Assembly: GCA_964016885.1 (NCBI GenBank)
Contig: OZ024742.1
Coordinates: forward strand, 341,682,001 to 341,746,000
Origin: Eledone cirrhosa
Taxonomy: Eukaryota
DNA: 64,000 nucleotides
Direction of reading: 5' to 3'
Shown here: positions 57,201-64,000 of the stretch, in pieces
Layout of the letters: each line of letters opens with the position of its first letter
Position numbering within the stretch: the first letter of the stretch is position 1
Made by a program: the position numbers and the translations under genes
The notes under the pieces: generated by a model
Database searches by the model: none
Seen by the model: the letters and a program-made list of their open reading frames with translations, nothing else
Told to the model about the DNA's origin: nothing

Positions 57201-58900
57201 ATTACAATATTTATTTAAACCCTGTTTCACTCTACACGGTACATCAGTGCCCTATCGAGAGTGTTAACTTCATTACAATTTTTAGTAAAACTCTGTTTCA
57301 CTCTACACGGTACATCAGTGCTCTATCGAGAGCGTTAGCTTCTTTACAATATTTATTAAAACCCTGTTTCACTCTACACGGTACATCAGTGTTCTATCGA
57401 GAGTTTTAGCTTCATTACAATATTTAGTAAAACCCTGTTTCACTCTACACGGTACATCAGTGTTCTATCGAGAGTGTAGCTTCATTACAATATTCATTAA
57501 AACCCTGTTTCACTCTACACGGTACATCAGTGCTCTATCGTGAGTTTTAGCTTCATTACAATATTTAGTAAAACCCTGTTTCACTCTACACGGTACATCA
57601 GTGCTCTATCGAGGGTGTTAGCTTCATTACAATATTTATTAAAACCCTGTTTCACTCTACACGGTGCACCAGTGTTCTATCAAGAGTGTTAGCTTCATTA
57701 CAATATTTAGTAAAACCCTGTTTCACTCTACACGGTACATCAGTGTTCTATCGAGAGTGTTAGCTTCATTACAATATTTAGTAAAACCCTGTTTCACTCT
57801 ACACGTTACACCAGTCTTATATGGAGAGTGTTAACTTCATTACAATATTTATTAAAACCCTGTTTCACTCTACACGGTATATCAGTGTTTTATCGAGAGT
57901 GTTAGCTTCATTACAATATTTAGTAAAACCCTGTTTCATTCTACACGGTACACCAGTCTTCTATGGAGAGTGTTAACTTCATTACAATATTTATTAAAAC
58001 CCTGTTTCACTCTACACGGTACATCAGTGTTCTATCGAGAGTGTTAGCTTCATTACAATATTTAGTAAAACCCTGTTTCACTCTACACGGTACATCAGTG
58101 TTCTATCGAGAGTGTTAGCTTCATTACAATATTTATTAAAACCCTGTTTCACTCTACACGGTACATCAGTGCTCTATCTAGAGTGTTAGCTTCATTACAA
58201 TATTTAGTAAAACCCTGTTTCACTCTACACGGTACATCAGTGCTCTATCGAGAGTGTTAGCTTCATTACAATATTTATTATAACACTGTTTCACTCTACA
58301 CGGTACATCAGTGCTCTATCGAGAGTGGTAGCTTTATAACAATATTTATTAAAAACCTGTTTCACTCTACACGGTAGATCAGTGTTCTATCGAGAGTGTT
58401 AGCTTCATTACAATATTTAGTAAAACCATGTTTCACTCTACACGGTACACCAGTGTTCTATCGAGAGTGTTAGCTTCATTACAATATTTAGTAAAACCCT
58501 GTTTCACTCTACACGGTACACCAGTCTTCTATGGGGAGTGTTAACTTCATTACAATATTTATTAAAACCCTGTTTCACTCTACACGGTACATCAGTGTTC
58601 TATCGAGAGTGTTAGCTTCATTACAATATTTAGTAAAACCCTGTTTCATTATACATGGTACACCAGTCTTCTATGGAGAGTGTTAACTTCATTACAATAT
58701 TTATTAAAACCCTGTTTCACTCTACACGGTACACCAGTGTTCTATCGAGAGTGTTAGCTTCATTACAATATTTATTAAAACCCTGTTTCACTCTACACGG
58801 TACACCAGTGCCCTATCGGGAGTGTTAGCTTCATTACAATATTTAGTAAAACCCTGTTTCACTCTACACGGTACATCAGTGTTCTATCGAGAGTGTTATC
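51300..58900. repeat. Four locally amplified copies of a 23-27-monomer higher-order unit
   Basis: Marker ggtgcaccagtgttctatcaag at 52274, 53905, 55819 and 57663 (spacings 1631, 1914, 1844). Shared ctatctagag variant. ORF offsets 3545 (51518/55063, 53039/56584) and 1631 (53039/54670). Confidence 0.87.
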
Positions 58901-61900
58901 TTCATTACAATATTTAGTAAAACCCTGTTTCACTCTACACGGTACATCAGTGTTCTATTGAGAGTGTTAGCTTCATTACAATATTTAGTAAAACCTTGTT
59001 TCACTCTACACGATACACCAATCTTCTATGGAGAGTGTTAACTTCATTACAATATTTATTAAAACCCTGGTTCACTCTACACGGTACATCAGTGTTCTAT
59101 CGAGAGTGTTAGCTTCATTACCATATTTAGTAAAACCCTGTTTCACTCTACACGGTACATCAGTGTTCTATCGAGAGTGTTAGCTTCATAACAATATTTA
59201 GTAAAACCCTGTTTCACTCTACACGGTACATCAGTGCTCTATCGAGTGTGTTAGCTTCATTACAATATTTATTAAAACCCTGTTTCACTCTACACGGTAC
59301 ATCAGTGTTCTATCGAGAGTGTAGCTTCATTACAATATTTATTAAAACCCTGTTTCACTCTACACGGTACATCAGTGCTCTATCGAGAGTGTTAGCTTCA
59401 TTACAATATTTAGTAAAACCCTGTTTCACTCTACACGGTACATCAGTGCTCTATCGAGAGTGTTAGCTTCATTACAATATTTATTAAAACCCTGTTTCAC
59501 TCTACACGGTACATCAGTGCTCTATCGAGAGTGGTAGCTTTATAACAATATTTATTAAAACCCTGTTTCACTCTACACGGTAGATCAGTGTTCTATCGAG
59601 AGTGTTAGCTTCATTACAATATTTAGTAAAACCATGTTTCGCTCTACACGGTACACCAGTGTTCTATCGAGAGTGTTAGCTTCATTACAATATTTAGTAA
59701 AACCCTGTTTCACTCTACACGGTACATCAGTGTTCTATCGAGAGTGTTAGCTTCATTACAATATTTAGTAAAACCCTGTTTCACTCTACACGGTACATCA
59801 GTGTTCTATCGAGAGTGTAGCTTCATTACAATATTCATTAAAACCCTGTTTCACTCTACACGGTACATCAGTGCTCTATCGTGAGTTTTAGCTTCATTAC
59901 AATATTTAGTAAAACCCTGTTTCACTCTACACGGTACATCAGTGCTCTATCGAGGGTGTTAGCTTCATTACAGTATTTATTAAAACCCTGTTTCACTCTA
60001 CACGGTACACCAGTGTTCTATCAAGAGTGTTAGCTTCATTACAATATTTAGTAAAACCCTGTTTCACTCTACACGGTACATCAGTGTTCTATCGAGAGTG
60101 TTAGCTTCATTACAATATTTAGTAAAACCCTGTTTCACTCTACACGTTACACCAGTCTTATATGGAGAGTGTTAACTTCATTACAATATTTATTAAAACC
60201 CTGTTTCACTCTACACGGTATATCAGTGTTCTATCGAGAGTGTTAGCTTCATTACAATATTTAGTAAAACCCTGTTTCACTCTACACGGTACACCAGTCT
60301 TCTATGGAGAGTGTTAACTTCATTACAATATTTATTAAAACCCTGTTTCACTCTACACGGTACATCAGTGTTCTATCGAGAGTGTTAGCTTCATTACAAT
60401 ATTTAGTAAAACCCTGTTTCACTCTACACGGTACATCAGTGTTCTATCGAGAGTGTTAGCTTCATTACAATATTTATTAAAACCCTGTTTCACTCTACAC
60501 GGTACATCAGTGCTCTATCTAGAGTGTTAGCTTCATTACAATATTTAGTAAAACCCTGTTTCACTCTACACGGTACATCAGTGCTCTATCGAGAGTGTTA
60601 GCTTCATTACAATATTTATTATAACACTGTTTCACTCTACACGGTACACCAGTCTTCTATGGGGAGTGTTAACTTCATTACAATATTTATTAAAACCCTG
60701 TTTCACTCTACACGGTACATCAGTGTTCTATCGAGAGTGTTAGCTTCATTACAATATTTAGTAAAACCCTGTTTCATTATACATGGTACACCAGTCTTCT
60801 ATGGAGAGTGTTAACTTCATTACAATATTTATTAAAACCCTGTTTCACTTTACACGGTACACCAGTGTTCTATCGAGAGTGTTAGCTTCATTACAATATT
60901 TATTAAAACCCTGTTTCACTCTACACGGTACACCAGTGCCCTATCGGGAGTGTTAGCTTCATTACAATATTTAGTAAAACCCTGTTTCACTCTACACGGT
61001 ACATCAGTGTTCTATCGAGAGTGTTATCTTCATTACTATATTTAGTAAAACCCTGTTTCACTCTACACGGTACATCAGTGTTCTATTGAGAGTGTTAGCT
61101 TCATTACAATATTTAGTAAAACCTTGTTTCACTCTACACGATACACCAATCTTCTATGGAGAGTGTTAACTTCATTACAATATTTATTAAAACCCTGGTT
61201 CACTCTACACGGTACATCAGTGTTCTATCGAGAGTGTTAGCTTCATTACCATATTTAGTAAAACCCTGTTTCACTCTACACGGTACATCAGTGTTCTATC
61301 GAGAGTGTTAGCTTTATAACAATATTTAGTAAAACCCTGTTTCACTCTACACGGTACATCAGTGCTCTATCGAGTGTGTTAGCTTCATTACAATATTTAT
61401 TAAAACCCTGTTTCACTCTACACGGTACATCAGTGTTCTATCGAGAGTGTAGCTTCATTACAATATTTATTAAAACCCTGTTTCACTCTACACGGTACAT
61501 CAGTGCTCTATCGAGAGTGTTAGCTTCATTACAATATTTAGTAAAACCCTGTTTCACTCTACACGGTACATCAGTGCTCTATCGAGAGTGTTAGCTTCAT
61601 TACAATATTTATTAAAACCCTGTTTCACTCTACACGGTACATCAGTGCTCTATCGAGAGTGGTAGCTTTATAACAATATTTATTAAAACCCTGTTTCACT
61701 CTACACGGTAGATCAGTGTTCTATCGAGAGTGTTAGCTTCATTACAATATTTAGTAAAACCATGTTTCGCTCTACACGGTACACCAGTGTTCTATCGAGA
61801 GTGTTAGCTTCATTACAATATTTAGTAAAACCCTGTTTCACTCTACACGGTACATCAGTGTTCTATCGAGAGTGTTAGCTTCATTACAATATTTAGTAAA

Positions 61901-61999
61901 ACCCTGTTTCACTCTACACGGTACACCAGTCTTCTATGGGGAGTGTTAACTTCATTACAATATTTATTAAAACCCTGTTTCACTCTACACGGTACACCA

Positions 62000-64000
62000 G
62001 TGTTCTATCGAGAGTGTTAGCTTCATTACAATATTTAGTAAAACCCTGTTTCACTCTACTCGGTACATTAGTGTTCTATCGAGAGTGTTAGCTTCATTAC
62101 AATATTTAGTAAAACCCTGTTTCACTCTACACGGTACATCAGTGTTCTATCGAGAGTGTTAGCTTCATTACAATATTTAGTAAAACCCTGTTTCACTCTA
62201 CACGGTACATTAGTGCTCTATCGAGAGTGTTAGCTTTACAACAATATTTATTAAAACCCTGTTTCACTCTACACGGTACACCAGTGCCCTATCGGGAGTG
62301 TTAGCTTCATTACAATATTTAGTAAAACCCTGTTTCACTCTACACGGTATATCAGTGTTCTATCGAGAGTGTTAGCTTCATTACAATATTTAGTAAAGCC
62401 CTGTTTCACTCTACACGGTACATCAGTGTTCTATCGAGAGTGTTAGCTTCATTACAATATTTAGTAAAATCCTGTTTCACTCTACACGGTACATCAGTGT
62501 TCTATCGAGAGTGTTAGCTTCATTACAATATTTAGTAAAACCCTGTTTCACTCTACACGGTACATTAGTGCTCTATCGAGAGTGTTAGCTTTATAACAAT
62601 ATTTATTAAAACCCTGTTTTACTCTACACGGTACATCAGTGTTCTATCGAGAGTGTTAGCTTTATAACAGTATTTATTAAAACCCTGTTTCATTCTACAC
62701 GGTACATCAGTGTTCTATCGAGAGTGTTAGCTTCATTACAGTATTTAGTAAAACCCTGTTTCACTCTACACGGTACATCAGTGTTCTATCGAGAGTGTAG
62801 CTTCATTACAATATTTATTAAAACCCTGTTTCACTCTACACGGTACATCAGTGTTCTATCGAGAGTGTTAGCTTCATTACAATATTTATTAAAACCCTGT
62901 TTCACTCTACACGGTACACCAGTCTTCTATGGAGAGTGTTAACTTCATTACAATATTTATTAAAACCCTGTTTCACTCTACACGGTACATCAGTGTTCTA
63001 TCGAGAGTGTTAGCTTCATTACAATATTTATTTAAACCCTGTTTCACTCTACACGGTACACCAGTGTTCTATCGAGAGTGTTAGCTTCATTACAATATTT
63101 AGTAAAACCCTGTTTCACTCTACTCGGTACATTAGTGTTCTATCGAGAGTGTTAGCTTCATTACAATATTTAGTAAAACCCTGTTTCACTCTACACGGTA
63201 CATCAGTGTTCTATCGAGAGTGTTAGCTTCATTACAATATTTAGTAAAACCCTGTTTCACTCTACACGGTACATTAGTGCTCTATCGAGAGTGTTAGCTT
63301 TACAACAATATTTATTAAAACCCTGTTTCACTCTACACGGTACACCAGTGCCCTATCGGGAGTGTTAGCTTCATTACAATATTTAGTAAAACCCTGTTTC
63401 ACTCTACACGGTATATCAGTGTTCTATCGAGAGTGTTAGCTTCATTACAATATTTAGTAAAACCCTGTTTCACTCTACACGGTACATCAGTGTTCTATCG
63501 AGAGTGTTAGCTTCATTACAATATTTAGTAAAATCCTGTTTCACTCTACACGGTACATCAGTGTTCTATCGAGAGTGTTAGCTTCCTTACAATATTTAGT
63601 AAAACCCTGTTTCACTCTACACGGTACATTAGTGCTCTATCGAGAGTGTTAGCTTTATAACAATATTTATTAAAACCCTGTTTTACTCTACACGGTACAT
63701 CAGTGCTCTATCGAGAGTGTTAGCTTTATAACAGTATTTATTAAAACCCTGTTTCATTCTACACGGTACATCAGTGTTCTATCGAGAGTGTTAGCTTCAT
63801 TACAGTATTTAGTAAAACCCTGTTTCACTCTACACGGTACATCAGTGTTCTATCGAGAGTGTAGCTTCATTACAATATTTATTAAAACCCTGTTTCACTC
63901 TACACGGTACATCAGTGTTCTATCGAGAGTGTTAGCTTCATTACAATATTTATTAAAACCCTGTTTCACTCTACACGGTACACCAGTCTTCTATGGAGAG
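62000..64000. repeat. 1064-bp (15-monomer) tandem duplication, second copy truncated by the window end
   Basis: Variant ggtatatc after the gtgccctatcggg monomer at 62346 and 63410. The offset is 1064 = 15x71-1, and the flanking variant order is the same. Confidence 0.8.

Larger units (their letters stand above)
1..64000. repeat. 71-bp satellite DNA tandem array, about 900 head-to-tail monomers, running off both window ends
   Basis: Unit 1-71 (ttacaatatttagtaaaaccctgtttcactctacacggtacatcagtgttatatcgagagtgttagcttca) recurs every 71 bp to the end of the window. Monomers usually differ from consensus by only a few substitutions. No non-repeat sequence or strand switch was seen. Confidence 0.99.

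Noticed and set aside
344-62942. Dozens of near-identical 62-85 aa ORFs (MLASLQYL...) resembling a multicopy small-protein family
   Set aside because: They are translations of about three satellite monomers. Because 71 is not a multiple of 3, the frames cycle and normally hit stops. ORFs pass the length cutoff only where a 1-bp indel monomer bridges stop-free stretches. Most use non-ATG starts, and there is no distinct promoter, UTR or intergenic sequence.
1-64000. CRISPR or CRISPR-like repeat-spacer array
   Set aside because: There are no unique spacers. The whole 71 bp is conserved with only point variants, and no cas gene or leader is present.
1-64000. Strict 142-bp dimer HOR based on the tttagt/tttatt polymorphism
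   Set aside because: The two alleles do not alternate regularly. Runs of three or more of the same allele are common.
1-64000. Variant order as an information-encoding or programmed diversification cassette system
   Set aside because: The pattern is explained by point mutation plus nested duplication and deletion. No recombinase, reverse transcriptase, expression site or target gene is present.
1-64000. Telomeric repeat, rDNA or 5S array, or embedded transposon
   Set aside because: No short G-rich telomere motif, no recognisable rRNA sequence, and no terminal repeats, target-site duplications or non-satellite segment were seen.

Overview
The whole 64 kb window is one uninterrupted, head-to-tail satellite DNA array. 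The monomer is 71 bp, about 35-37% GC, with consensus TTACAATATTTA(G/T)TAAAACCCTGTTTCACTCTACACGGTACATCAGTG(T/C)TCTATCGAGAGTGTTAGCTTCA. There are roughly 900 copies, all in the same orientation. I see no unique sequence, gene, RNA gene, transposon insertion, inversion or CRISPR spacer. All ORFs in the track are artefacts of translating the repeat. The real structure is in the order of monomer variants: recurrent multi-monomer modules, a linked-variant second monomer class, 70/59/72-bp length variants, and nested local duplications of about 0.3-6.2 kb. Together these form an irregular higher-order organisation like that of eukaryotic heterochromatic or (peri)centromeric satellites. I cannot name the satellite family or organism, and I find no support for a novel gene-based system. 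Duplication boundaries were read by eye and are approximate to within one or two monomers.
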